64,000 bases of DNA from an uncultured Aminicenantes bacterium. GTDB lineage: Bacteria > Acidobacteriota > Aminicenantia > UBA2199. The notes beneath the pieces are model-generated. The model had not been told where the DNA came from. It did not search any database and was given only the letters and a program-made list of their open reading frames with translations. This document shows, one piece after another, positions 26,905 through 35,796 of this stretch. A program made the translations under genes and the position numbers. Each line of letters opens with the position of its first letter. Position 1 is the stretch's first letter. The DNA lies in NCBI GenBank assembly GCA_965195285.1, contig CBDAFS010000014.1:32716-96715 (forward strand), in the 5' to 3' direction.

Positions 26905-27855
26905 ATGAACGTTTTAAAAATCAAAGGCTTTGCTAAGGTATTAATCGTTATTTTTGTGGTTGTCGGGTTTTTTTTCATTCTGTTCAATATCCAAATAAGT
27001 ACTGTTATGGGTCAGAGCTCAAATAACAATGATGGCGACATCATTTGTAATTGTAAGGGTCCTCCGTATCAGAGATATTGGACACCCGGTGGGTGTATGA
27101 GAAATTGCAGGGGAGGTGGGTTGAGACGCCCGTCCTGTGGTTGCATATTATCTCCAAGAATGAAGTGTAATGTCTTAAATGATAAAGTCTTTAAACAGAT
27201 GTACAGGTTTCACATCTTCAGGGGGCATATTACCCGAGAAGGCTATCCCGTGGATTCTTCGCTGTTGACTGTGGCCTCAACAATCATAAACCAGTTTTAC
27301 CAACCCTATAAATCAACTGATTTTCATATTGTTTTCGAAAGCGGAGAGCAATCCTTTTTTGCCAAGCTTGAAGAGCCAAAATCCAGGGGGGCAAAGCCAT
27401 TCCTCAGGATTCATCGTGACTTATTTTTGATGTCCCCTGCTTTTCTGGTTCAAACCATTGGACACGAGATGATACATGCCATCCAGATGGAGAGAGGAGG
27501 ATCAAAGACCAATCTGCATGGGATCCAGAAAACAACCGAAGCCTTTTTGGAACTCGAGGCTTCCTACTGGGAGACTGGCACCATTTATCTTGAATATGAT
27601 TGGAAGATCGGCCCAAATGAACTCATTGAATGCATTGGTGCTGATGAGATGAAAACCATTAAAGATACCCTGGAGTGCCGTAAATGGCAGGTCAGGAACT
27701 GGATTGAGGTTTTTGATGATCTGAGGCCAGGGAATCTTAACCGCCTGGAAAAATGGCTTAAACAGAATCACTGGACCCGACATGTCTGGCTTCCCAACCA
27801 TCCCAATTGGAAGAAATTGAAGGCTGGTAACCAACCTGAGGGGTGTGATCAATAA
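26905..27855 (+). CDS. exported Cys-rich hypothetical protein with HExxH motif
   Basis: N-terminal TM/signal; TIGHEMIHAIQ and downstream ELEASYWE. Confidence 0.6.
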   Translation: MNVLKIKGFAKVLIVIFVVVGFFFILFNIQISTVMGQSSNNNDGDIICNCKGPPYQRYWTPGGCMRNCRGGGLRRPSCGCILSPRMKCNVLNDKVFKQMYRFHIFRGHITREGYPVDSSLLTVASTIINQFYQPYKSTDFHIVFESGEQSFFAKLEEPKSRGAKPFLRIHRDLFLMSPAFLVQTIGHEMIHAIQMERGGSKTNLHGIQKTTEAFLELEASYWETGTIYLEYDWKIGPNELIECIGADEMKTIKDTLECRKWQVRNWIEVFDDLRPGNLNRLEKWLKQNHWTRHVWLPNHPNWKKLKAGNQPEGCDQ

Positions 27856-27956
27856 AACCCAAAAAACCGGGATAATATCCACACAATTTTTTCCTTTTTT
27901 TTTTTAATTAACGTATATATATTTAAATGGATCGAATGAAAAAAAATGGAGGAATT

Positions 27957-29555
27957 ATGATTAAGAAATCATTCTGTTTATGGTTAATGATTATGTTTCT
28001 GTGGAGCGGACATCTGTTTGGCCAGCAGGAAGACGAGGTGTTGCAGGAAAGCGTGAGAGTGGTCAATGTCGAGGTTCCGGTGCGGGTTTATTTCAAGGGC
28101 AAGCCTGTAGACAACCTGACCAAAAACGACTTCAAGCTCTATGAGGGCGGGAAACTCCAGGATATTCACGGGTTCATTTTGAAACGCAAAAAAATAAAAG
28201 CCCAGGAACTGGAATTGAGTGCCGAACAGGTACAAACCCGGCGGGGCCGCTATTTCACGCTGGTATTCCGCATCACCCACTACAATAAGTATATTAAGGA
28301 AGGTCTTGATTATATTTTTGATACCGTACTGAATGAATCGGATCAGCTCCTGGTTTTTGTTAATAATCGCAGTGTGTTTTTTAAAAGTCTTGAGGATAAG
28401 CTGGATGTGAAAACCAAACTGGATCAAGTTCTGCATGATGTTTCCCAGGAGGCACGAAACAAGATGTTGATGGTGTTAAAAGAAGTTGAAAACGCAGTGG
28501 GAAAGCATAAAATGGAGATGAAACTGGCAGGAGCGGGGCGGGGTGAATTGAAAGAATTTCATACCCTGATTCAGCGTTATTTTGCCAAATTTCTGGAAAT
28601 ATGGAAAATGTTTAAAAAGAAATACCTGATTCCGGATATCAACACCTATTACAATTTTGCCCGGTTTTTAAAAGGCATCGATAAAGAAAAATGGGTCATT
28701 AATTTCTACCAGTTCGAGGTGTTCCCGGATATCATCATCAGCAGTGAGAGTATGCGACGGATCCGGCGGATGATCGGAGAGTGGCAAATTAGTGACAATT
28801 CGGAACTGATCACCTTCTCGCGGATCGTCAATCGCCAAATGATTGAAATCGAAAAAGAACTCAGCGTAGCCAGAGATTTTCCCTCTGACGAAGTGGCTAA
28901 AATATTTCACAATGTAGATACCACCTTTCATTCGATTTTCATGAAAACCAGTTTTAACACCCTTTTGGCCGATGTGGAATACCGGGAAATTGCCTCTGAC
29001 CTGGAAAGCAGTCTCCGAGCCATCACCAATCTTACCGGTGGAGAGCTAGTGGTTTCCAATAAACTCGACACAGCCCTTGATCGTATCAGCGAAGTCGAGG
29101 ACGTATATTATATGTTGACCTATGCCCCAAAGAATCCCGATAAAGTGGGGAAAATCAAAGTGAAACTGAATAACCGTAAATACAAACTGGTATACAGCCC
29201 CAACCTCAGATCCGGTTTTCTCGGCCAGTTTTTGGAGGAAAAGCAAATCAAGAAAAAACCAATTAAAATTCAGGATCTGAATTTCAAAAATGGCAAATTA
29301 ACGTTTGTCATTTCCGATTTCTTCTGGAACAAAAAAGATGGAGGCGCGCTATCTATCCGGATTCGAATGAATGATCCGCAGGGGAAATCCGTTTTTGATC
29401 AGAAGAAAACCATAAAAGCGACTCAGAAAAAAATAAATATCGCCTTGAATATCCGCGGGTTGAAAAATGGAGACTATGATGTGGTTGTGGATGTGAATGA
29501 TCTGTTTGCCAAAACCAACAGTACAGAACTTCTGAAAACAAAGATTTCAAATTAA
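27957..29555 (+). CDS. secreted VWFA-related (acidobacterial-type) protein
   Basis: VRVVNVEVPVRV..KGKPVDNLTKNDFKLYEGGKLQDI; LTGG; YYMLTYAP; GGAGG RBS before ATG 27957. Confidence 0.7.
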   Translation: MIKKSFCLWLMIMFLWSGHLFGQQEDEVLQESVRVVNVEVPVRVYFKGKPVDNLTKNDFKLYEGGKLQDIHGFILKRKKIKAQELELSAEQVQTRRGRYFTLVFRITHYNKYIKEGLDYIFDTVLNESDQLLVFVNNRSVFFKSLEDKLDVKTKLDQVLHDVSQEARNKMLMVLKEVENAVGKHKMEMKLAGAGRGELKEFHTLIQRYFAKFLEIWKMFKKKYLIPDINTYYNFARFLKGIDKEKWVINFYQFEVFPDIIISSESMRRIRRMIGEWQISDNSELITFSRIVNRQMIEIEKELSVARDFPSDEVAKIFHNVDTTFHSIFMKTSFNTLLADVEYREIASDLESSLRAITNLTGGELVVSNKLDTALDRISEVEDVYYMLTYAPKNPDKVGKIKVKLNNRKYKLVYSPNLRSGFLGQFLEEKQIKKKPIKIQDLNFKNGKLTFVISDFFWNKKDGGALSIRIRMNDPQGKSVFDQKKTIKATQKKINIALNIRGLKNGDYDVVVDVNDLFAKTNSTELLKTKISN

Positions 29556-29615
29556 CACTATCACTTTCCAAAGGAAAAACAGCAGGTCGAAAAGCTGAAT
29601 GTTCAGAGAATATGA

Positions 29616-31244
29616 TTATAATTCCCGGTCGATTGTCTTTTCCGAGGTGATTCTGCGTTTCTTTTCGTTTTTTCCCACCTCTTTTTTCAGCCAGGATTTG
29701 GGATAACCGATTTCCCGGGCCCGGTGATTTTTATCCTGGATGTAGCCATCGTTGTATTTGGTTATGAGATAATCCCCCAGTTTTTGCCAGCGCCTGACAT
29801 TCATCTCAGCATTATCTATACAGTACTTGTTTAAAAAAGCAATGGCAAAATCCATTCCCTTTGATTGGCTGAGTTGAATGGCAGCGCTTTCGATAACTTC
29901 CTGACTGCCGAACACCATGTCTTCGATTTCCTTCTGTGTGAACTGGATATCTTTGATCATATAACCGTATCTCAGGTTAGCAAAATTGGCCACAAAATTG
30001 ACTGTCCACCAGGCCGAGTCCCGGGTGTAGCCTGAAAGTGAGCCCCTGGTATAGGATTCAGGCAATTTCCGAATACAGGTGTAAAGGGGGATGAAAAAAT
30101 TGGTAAAGGGATTGTCAATACCGTACCAGAGTATCCCTCCCAGTTCCGGAAGTAGCTGAGGTCTGGCTTCTGAAATATATACAAAGGCTGCCTGCTGGGT
30201 AGCAATAGGCCGTTCCCAGGTGTATTTGCGGTTGTTCAGCTCCCATTTTATGGGTCGCCAGCGGTCGGGTGAACCGAATGGTCCGGATACTACATCCCGG
30301 GTCATGTCAAATTCGGTTCCTTCGTAGTGATCCCGATGGAGGGCTATGACGTCCCGGACATCCAGTTTTTTATCCGGCTTAATCCACAGGGGATAGGACC
30401 TGCCTTTTCCCCGTCCGTAACTGTATTTCGGAGAAAAATTCCGGGAAGGTGCCAGCCGACGAAAGATACTCCAGATCCGTCGATCCGAGTAGCGAATCTG
30501 TTCTTCGGTGGGGGGATTGTAGGCTCTGGAAAAACTAAAGGGCTTTCCGGATTCGGGTTTATAATATCCCTTCTGGATGGCGAAGTCAATGACGTTTTTT
30601 GAATAGAGACAGTTCCGGGGATCATTCAGCGGCACAGTGTGAATTCGTGACATATTGGCAGTGGCACTGATCATCCCATCCGGAAGTCGCCGGGTTACCC
30701 ACACAGCTCCTTTGCCTCCGGGACCGGTACCCACGATTTCCAGAAGCCAGGCCTCCTTTTTATCAGCAATAGAAATCGATTCTCCTTCACTACGGTATCC
30801 GTGTTTTTCCACCAGGTCGGTCATCACCTTAATCGCTTCTCTTGCGGTTCTGGCCCGCTGCAGGGTAATGAGCATGAGTGGATAATAGTGAAACATGGCG
30901 TCCGGATTTATCAGCTCTTCACGTCCGCCAAAGGTGGTTTCACCCAGAGATAACTGGTGCTCATTCATCAGGCCTACTACCTTGTAGGTTTGGGATACCT
31001 GGGGGATTTTACCCAGCAATCCTCTCCATCCCCGGATTTCAGCCATGTCCCCGGGTTGATAACGAGCAGCTGGAATAATCCGGATTCGGGGATGAAATTC
31101 TCCATCACAGGAGTAACTGATCAGGGGTGCTCCTGTTTTTGAAGCGCCCTTGCTGACCAGTACCGAGGTGCAGGCCCGGCTCAAATCCCGGGCCTGGAAT
31201 AATAAGATCATGAAGGCCGTTGTTAATAGCAGATATCTTTTCAT
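29616..31244 (-). CDS. C69 family dipeptidase (Ntn hydrolase)
   Basis: Signal peptide then A|CTSVLVSKGAS; MNEHQLSLGETTFGGR, TAREAI, RDHYEGT. Confidence 0.9.
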   Translation of the reverse strand: MKRYLLLTTAFMILLFQARDLSRACTSVLVSKGASKTGAPLISYSCDGEFHPRIRIIPAARYQPGDMAEIRGWRGLLGKIPQVSQTYKVVGLMNEHQLSLGETTFGGREELINPDAMFHYYPLMLITLQRARTAREAIKVMTDLVEKHGYRSEGESISIADKKEAWLLEIVGTGPGGKGAVWVTRRLPDGMISATANMSRIHTVPLNDPRNCLYSKNVIDFAIQKGYYKPESGKPFSFSRAYNPPTEEQIRYSDRRIWSIFRRLAPSRNFSPKYSYGRGKGRSYPLWIKPDKKLDVRDVIALHRDHYEGTEFDMTRDVVSGPFGSPDRWRPIKWELNNRKYTWERPIATQQAAFVYISEARPQLLPELGGILWYGIDNPFTNFFIPLYTCIRKLPESYTRGSLSGYTRDSAWWTVNFVANFANLRYGYMIKDIQFTQKEIEDMVFGSQEVIESAAIQLSQSKGMDFAIAFLNKYCIDNAEMNVRRWQKLGDYLITKYNDGYIQDKNHRAREIGYPKSWLKKEVGKNEKKRRITSEKTIDREL

Positions 31245-31311
31245 ATTTTACTCCTTATATTATGGGGCCATTTACTGTTACTGATATTGAAAGAGGCGGT
31301 TAATTTTAACT

Positions 31312-31809
31312 TTACACCTTGAAGTAAGCACTGATTTTCAGAGCGATTAATCCGGCAATGGGGGGGAAGAAGAAGGTGGCGGAAAATCGTAGCAGGGTGA
31401 ATCGCCAGCCTAAAATCCCGATTTCCATGGGGAGTCTGGCAACAGCCCAGAGAGACCATGAAGTGAGATAGGCAACCATGGTGCCGGCGCTGGCACCGGA
31501 TTTTAGCAGGCCCGCCACCACTGGTAGACTGACATAAGGTCCCCCCGGGGTAATACCGCCGGCCAGGGTCCCGATTAAAATACCACGGATGCCGGATTCC
31601 ATGCCCACCCACTTGTTGAGCAGCTCCCTGGGTAACAGGACCTGTATCATTCCGGCAATCACAAAGGCAAAGAATAGCAGAGGTAGGATTTCAACAATCA
31701 TCTTAAAGGCAGACTTGAATCCCAGAAGATGCTCGCCTTCTCCCTTCATATACCCAATGCCCACTAAAACAAAGGCCAGTATACCCATGATAACCGTCGG
31801 GATCAGCAT
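31312..31809 (-). CDS. predicted permease (DUF318/ArsP-like half-size)
   Basis: KWVGMESGIRGILIGTLAGGITPGGPYVSLP; AGGAGG RBS before ATG 31809. Confidence 0.8.
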   Translation of the reverse strand: MLIPTVIMGILAFVLVGIGYMKGEGEHLLGFKSAFKMIVEILPLLFFAFVIAGMIQVLLPRELLNKWVGMESGIRGILIGTLAGGITPGGPYVSLPVVAGLLKSGASAGTMVAYLTSWSLWAVARLPMEIGILGWRFTLLRFSATFFFPPIAGLIALKISAYFKV

Positions 31810-31901
31810 ATTCGATTTCCTCCTGTCAGGTTTGTTTTTATTTGAAATCATTTTTATTTGATTATTTCTTATTTTACCTTTTTATTGATTTTCAGGCAAT
31901 T

Positions 31902-32612
31902 TCAACAGGTTGCTTTATTTTTTTTCCGGGTCACATTGTATTCATAACGCATCTGCAGCATTTCCACCACCAGGGCAAACCCCATGGGAATGTAAATATA
32001 GGCCTTGGGAATATCTTCATGAAGGCCCTCCATAAACAGGGTTATCCCGATGGTAATGAGAAAAGACAGAGCTAAAATCTTGATGGTTGGCCGCTTCATA
32101 ATAAACCGGCTCAATGGCTTTGAGTAGAGCATAATGCCCATGAATGAGAGTACCACGGCGATGACAATAATCCACATATTTTTGGTTAAACCCACGGCTG
32201 TGATCACAGAGTCAATGGAAAAAACAATATCCAGCAGGACAATCTGAATAATGATGCTGTATAGATTCTTAAGCATTTTTTTACCGGATCCTTTAGGCTG
32301 GCCCTTGAATTCAACCGTATGATGGATCTCTCTGACCGCCTTGGCCAACAGAAAAAAGCCACCGAGTATTAGAATGATATCCCGGATCGAAAAATTCAGA
32401 AACAGGGGATGGGTTAGTTCGGTCAACATCAAAACCAGCCACAACATTCCAATTCTGGCAAACATAGCCAGCAGCAATCCGATAATTCTGGTCCTTTCCT
32501 GGTGCGATTCGGGCAGGCGCTCCACCAGAATGGCAATGACTAAAACATTATCAATTCCCAGAATCAATTCCAGACCGATGATTAACAAAAGAATGAGCAA
32601 TGCATCTATCAT
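31902..32612 (-). CDS. TerC family membrane protein
   Basis: LELILGIDNV, LDIVFSIDSVITAVG, IPKAYIY. Confidence 0.92.
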   Translation of the reverse strand: MIDALLILLLIIGLELILGIDNVLVIAILVERLPESHQERTRIIGLLLAMFARIGMLWLVLMLTELTHPLFLNFSIRDIILILGGFFLLAKAVREIHHTVEFKGQPKGSGKKMLKNLYSIIIQIVLLDIVFSIDSVITAVGLTKNMWIIVIAVVLSFMGIMLYSKPLSRFIMKRPTIKILALSFLITIGITLFMEGLHEDIPKAYIYIPMGFALVVEMLQMRYEYNVTRKKNKATC

Positions 32613-32765
32613 GCTTTTCTCCTTTAAATCTAATTATAGAGCAATGGATTTAAAAAATAAACCGGGACTGCTGAAATGATGAGTCCGGATAAAAACAGAA
32701 TGATGATATTTTGAATTTTGCTGAAAAAGAGTTATAATCAGGCCGGTTTTCCAGATAGCGAGGTA

Positions 32766-33416
32766 ATGGTGGATATTGAGCAAATTTTGAATACGTTTCC
32801 CAAAATCGGAAGTGATGAAGTGGGTAAGGGGGATTTTTTTGGGCCTTTGGTTGTTTGTGCGGTTTATGTTAAAAATCCCGAACAGTTGGAAGAATTAAAT
32901 GCAAGGGATTCCAAAACCATCAGCGATTCCCGGGTGGAAAAATTAGGTGCACAACTGATCAAAATGGTTGATTATTCGCTGGTCAGAATTTCCCCGGAAA
33001 AATACAACCAGCTGTATCAACGTTTCAACAATATTAACGTTATACTGGGCTGGGCTCATGCCCAGGCTATAAAAAATGTTCTGGAGAAAAAAAAAATACC
33101 GGAAATGATACTCATCGATAAATTCGGACCGGAATTCAGGGTGTTGAAACATTTTGACGACCCAGGAGCGAAAAAAAAAATGGTTTTCCTGACCCGGGCT
33201 GAAAAGGATATGGCGGTAGCGGCTGCCTCGGTTATAGCCCGTTATACTTTTCTGAAGGAGATGAAAAAATTATCGGCTCAATGCGGACGGACCCTGCCGT
33301 TTGGGGCCGGCGAAAGGGTCGATGGAGTTGCCAGGGAATTGGCCGGGAAAATCGAGATTCAGAACTTATCCAAATATGTCAAGGTTCATTTCAAGAATTA
33401 TTCCCGGTTGAAGTAA
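32766..33416 (+). CDS. rnhC: ribonuclease HIII (catalytic domain only)
   Basis: IGSDEVGKGDFFGPLVV, RDSK, PEKYNQLY, LIDKF, AVAAASVIAR, KVHFKN. Confidence 0.85.
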   Translation: MVDIEQILNTFPKIGSDEVGKGDFFGPLVVCAVYVKNPEQLEELNARDSKTISDSRVEKLGAQLIKMVDYSLVRISPEKYNQLYQRFNNINVILGWAHAQAIKNVLEKKKIPEMILIDKFGPEFRVLKHFDDPGAKKKMVFLTRAEKDMAVAAASVIARYTFLKEMKKLSAQCGRTLPFGAGERVDGVARELAGKIEIQNLSKYVKVHFKNYSRLK

Positions 33417-33422
33417 TCGATT

Positions 33423-33545
33423 TTAATGATTTCGGAATTTATTTTTTTTTCGAAATAGATAATGAAAAAACACCAAAAAAACAATGAGTGGAATAAAAAT
33501 GGATATGATTAGCTGATAAAATCGAATATCCTGTAGAATTTCCAT
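33423..33545 (-). CDS. putative 40-aa single-TM small protein; missing from ORF track
   Basis: MEILQDIRFYQLIISIFIPLIVFLVFFHYLFRKKNKFRNH; its ATG directly follows the TAG of the upstream gene. Confidence 0.45.
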   Translation of the reverse strand: MEILQDIRFYQLIISIFIPLIVFLVFFHYLFRKKNKFRNH

Positions 33546-34244
33546 CTATGGTTTGGTTTTGAAGCGCAAGCCCCCGAAAAAGAACGAGATGAAATTATAG
33601 ATTCCGGTCAGGATGATTGAGATAAAGGCAAAAAATATAAAACCGCTGATCCCACCCATGGCCGCAAATATCAATCCTCCCTGAATTTTCCCCCGGGTTT
33701 CCTGAAGCATGATGGGAAACTGGTAGATGAAATCTCCTAATATATTGAAAATGCCAAACGTTGCTCCAAACAGGATGCCGACAATCAAGCCCAGACCCCC
33801 GAAAAAGAAGATCATGGGTACCAGCCTTATTGATTTTACCAACAATTCGGATTCTGCTTTTAATGGTTTTACGGTTCCGGTTTTGACCGGTTCCTTCTGA
33901 TTGGCACCACATATCTGACAGTATGCCGAGCGGGAAGACATTTTCCCCTGGCAGACTTTACAGATCACTGTTGCTTCGGTTTCATCCGGTATCAGTGATT
34001 CATCTTCTTTTTCCTCGAATTTGGTATCATCCTGGTAGGGAGTATCCTCTTTCCATTCCGATTCACTGTAGGTATACCATTTACCGGTTTTTCCCCCGAT
34101 CATCCAGTAGTTTCCCTCTTCATCGGTAATCATTATCTCTTTCAGATTTTTTTTCATATCATCGGCATTTATCTCACGTTTTTCCATCTGGACCTTCAAT
34201 TCCTGATATCTGGTCTCGGCTTGTTTGAATTTATTTGTATCCAT
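33546..34244 (-). CDS. membrane protein with Trp-rich N-domain, zinc ribbon and 2-3 TM helices
   Basis: YWMIGGKTGKWY; CKVC..CQIC; hydrophobic C-terminus; GGAGG RBS before ATG 34244. Confidence 0.7.
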   Translation of the reverse strand: MDTNKFKQAETRYQELKVQMEKREINADDMKKNLKEIMITDEEGNYWMIGGKTGKWYTYSESEWKEDTPYQDDTKFEEKEDESLIPDETEATVICKVCQGKMSSRSAYCQICGANQKEPVKTGTVKPLKAESELLVKSIRLVPMIFFFGGLGLIVGILFGATFGIFNILGDFIYQFPIMLQETRGKIQGGLIFAAMGGISGFIFFAFISIILTGIYNFISFFFGGLRFKTKP

Positions 34245-35535
34245 TCGTAGCACCTCCGAAAATTAGGTTACGTATCTCGCCGACAAGATACAGAGATCCC
34301 GTAACCAGTATATTGGTTTTAAATTTTTTGGCACTATCCAGGGCATCCTTTAAATCGGGTTTGACCAGAAACTCGAATGGTTTGAAAAAACGTACCAACT
34401 GGTCAGCAGGGAGGGCCCGGTTAGACAGCGGTTGGGTGATGATAACCCTCTGGATAAAGGGCTTGAGCAGATCAATCATTTTCTGATAATTCTTGTCCTT
34501 TAAAACTCCGAAAATCAGGGTGAGGTCGCGGAAATTTTTTTGCTGTAAAAATTTATTTAATGCCCGGATACTCTCCACATTATGCCCACCATCGAGTATG
34601 ATCTCCGGACGGGTGTTAATGATTTCAATTCTTCCGGGTATAAAATTGTTTTCAATTCCATGATATATGGATGATTTTGAAATGCCGAGCCCGTTTCGGT
34701 TCAACACTTCTATGGTCCGAATGGCAGTGGCCGCGTTAATGGTCTGGTGCTTCCCGTTCAAAAAAACATTGAACTCGTAACGGTTGGACTCGGTGACATA
34801 GTGACAGGTATACCCCCTTTTATTATCCTGGGTTCGAATTAAACCGGTAGGCGTAATCACATCATAAAATGGGGCTTGTCGCTTGCGCGCGATATCCCTT
34901 ATAACCTTTCTGGATACAGAATAACGGCTGCAGCCGGAGATGACCGGAATATTTTTTTTTATGATCCCGGCTTTTTCAAAAGCAATAGCTTGGATTGTCT
35001 TACCCAGGGTCTTGGTGTGGTCGTAAGAAATATTGGTGATTACCGAGACTTCCGGAAAAATGGTGGAGGTGGCATCCAATCGTCCGCCCAGGCCCACTTC
35101 AAAGACAGCAAAATCAATTTTTTTCCGCTGAAAATGAAAAAGTGAAATCAAAAACAGGTGTTCAAAAAAAGTGGGGATATTATCGATTGTCTTCTGTCTC
35201 AGAAGGTTTTCTGAAATATTTCGAACGGCCTGAAGGGATTTGGCAAAGTTTGATTCTGAAATCCATTCCTTGTTTATGGTGATCCGTTCCCGGATATCCT
35301 GAAGATGGGGAGAGGTAAAAAGACCAACCCGATAGGAGGCAGACTGGAGTATGGAAGCGATAAAATGGGATGTAGACCCTTTGCCGTTGGTTCCGGCAAC
35401 CTGGATAAATTTAATATCCGTCAACGGGAAAGGGAGCTGATCAATGATCTTTTTAATGTTATTCAGGGCCAGTTTAGAACCCTGTTCCTGAATTTTTCTG
35501 AGATAAGATAAACTTTTGGAATAATTCATCAACAC
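34231..35535 (-). CDS. folC: folylpolyglutamate synthase/dihydrofolate synthase
   Basis: VAGTNGKGST, FTSPHL, EVGLGGRLDAT, EKAGIIK, DGGHN, TGSLYLVG. Confidence 0.95.
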   Translation of the reverse strand: MLMNYSKSLSYLRKIQEQGSKLALNNIKKIIDQLPFPLTDIKFIQVAGTNGKGSTSHFIASILQSASYRVGLFTSPHLQDIRERITINKEWISESNFAKSLQAVRNISENLLRQKTIDNIPTFFEHLFLISLFHFQRKKIDFAVFEVGLGGRLDATSTIFPEVSVITNISYDHTKTLGKTIQAIAFEKAGIIKKNIPVISGCSRYSVSRKVIRDIARKRQAPFYDVITPTGLIRTQDNKRGYTCHYVTESNRYEFNVFLNGKHQTINAATAIRTIEVLNRNGLGISKSSIYHGIENNFIPGRIEIINTRPEIILDGGHNVESIRALNKFLQQKNFRDLTLIFGVLKDKNYQKMIDLLKPFIQRVIITQPLSNRALPADQLVRFFKPFEFLVKPDLKDALDSAKKFKTNILVTGSLYLVGEIRNLIFGGATNGYK

Positions 35536-35563
35536 CGATAAAGTTGAAATTTGATTTCGGGTT

Positions 35564-35794
35564 TTACACTGCTGATTTTTCTTCTTCTTCGAATTCGTTT
35601 TTGCTACCGAGAATTACGCAGGTTCCATCATAAATCTGCCGGACAGCTTTCTTTTGTTCCTGAAGACTATTGATTTTTTCCTTGACTCTGGCCAGCTCTT
35701 CCTCAATGGTCGCATCAATTATTTCAATCTTTTTTTTCGCTTCTTTTTGAGTGGTCTCGTAAAACGATTTGTCTTCGCTTTTTAATTGTGTCAT
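35564..35794 (-). CDS. small coiled-coil hypothetical protein
   Basis: AAGGAG RBS, 2 nt after the kinase stop; heptad-rich. Confidence 0.7.
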   Translation of the reverse strand: MTQLKSEDKSFYETTQKEAKKKIEIIDATIEEELARVKEKINSLQEQKKAVRQIYDGTCVILGSKNEFEEEEKSAV

Positions 35795-35796
35795 TT

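Noticed and set aside
27874-27882. DnaA-box-like ATATCCACA
   Set aside because: Single imperfect copy with no cluster or oriC gene context
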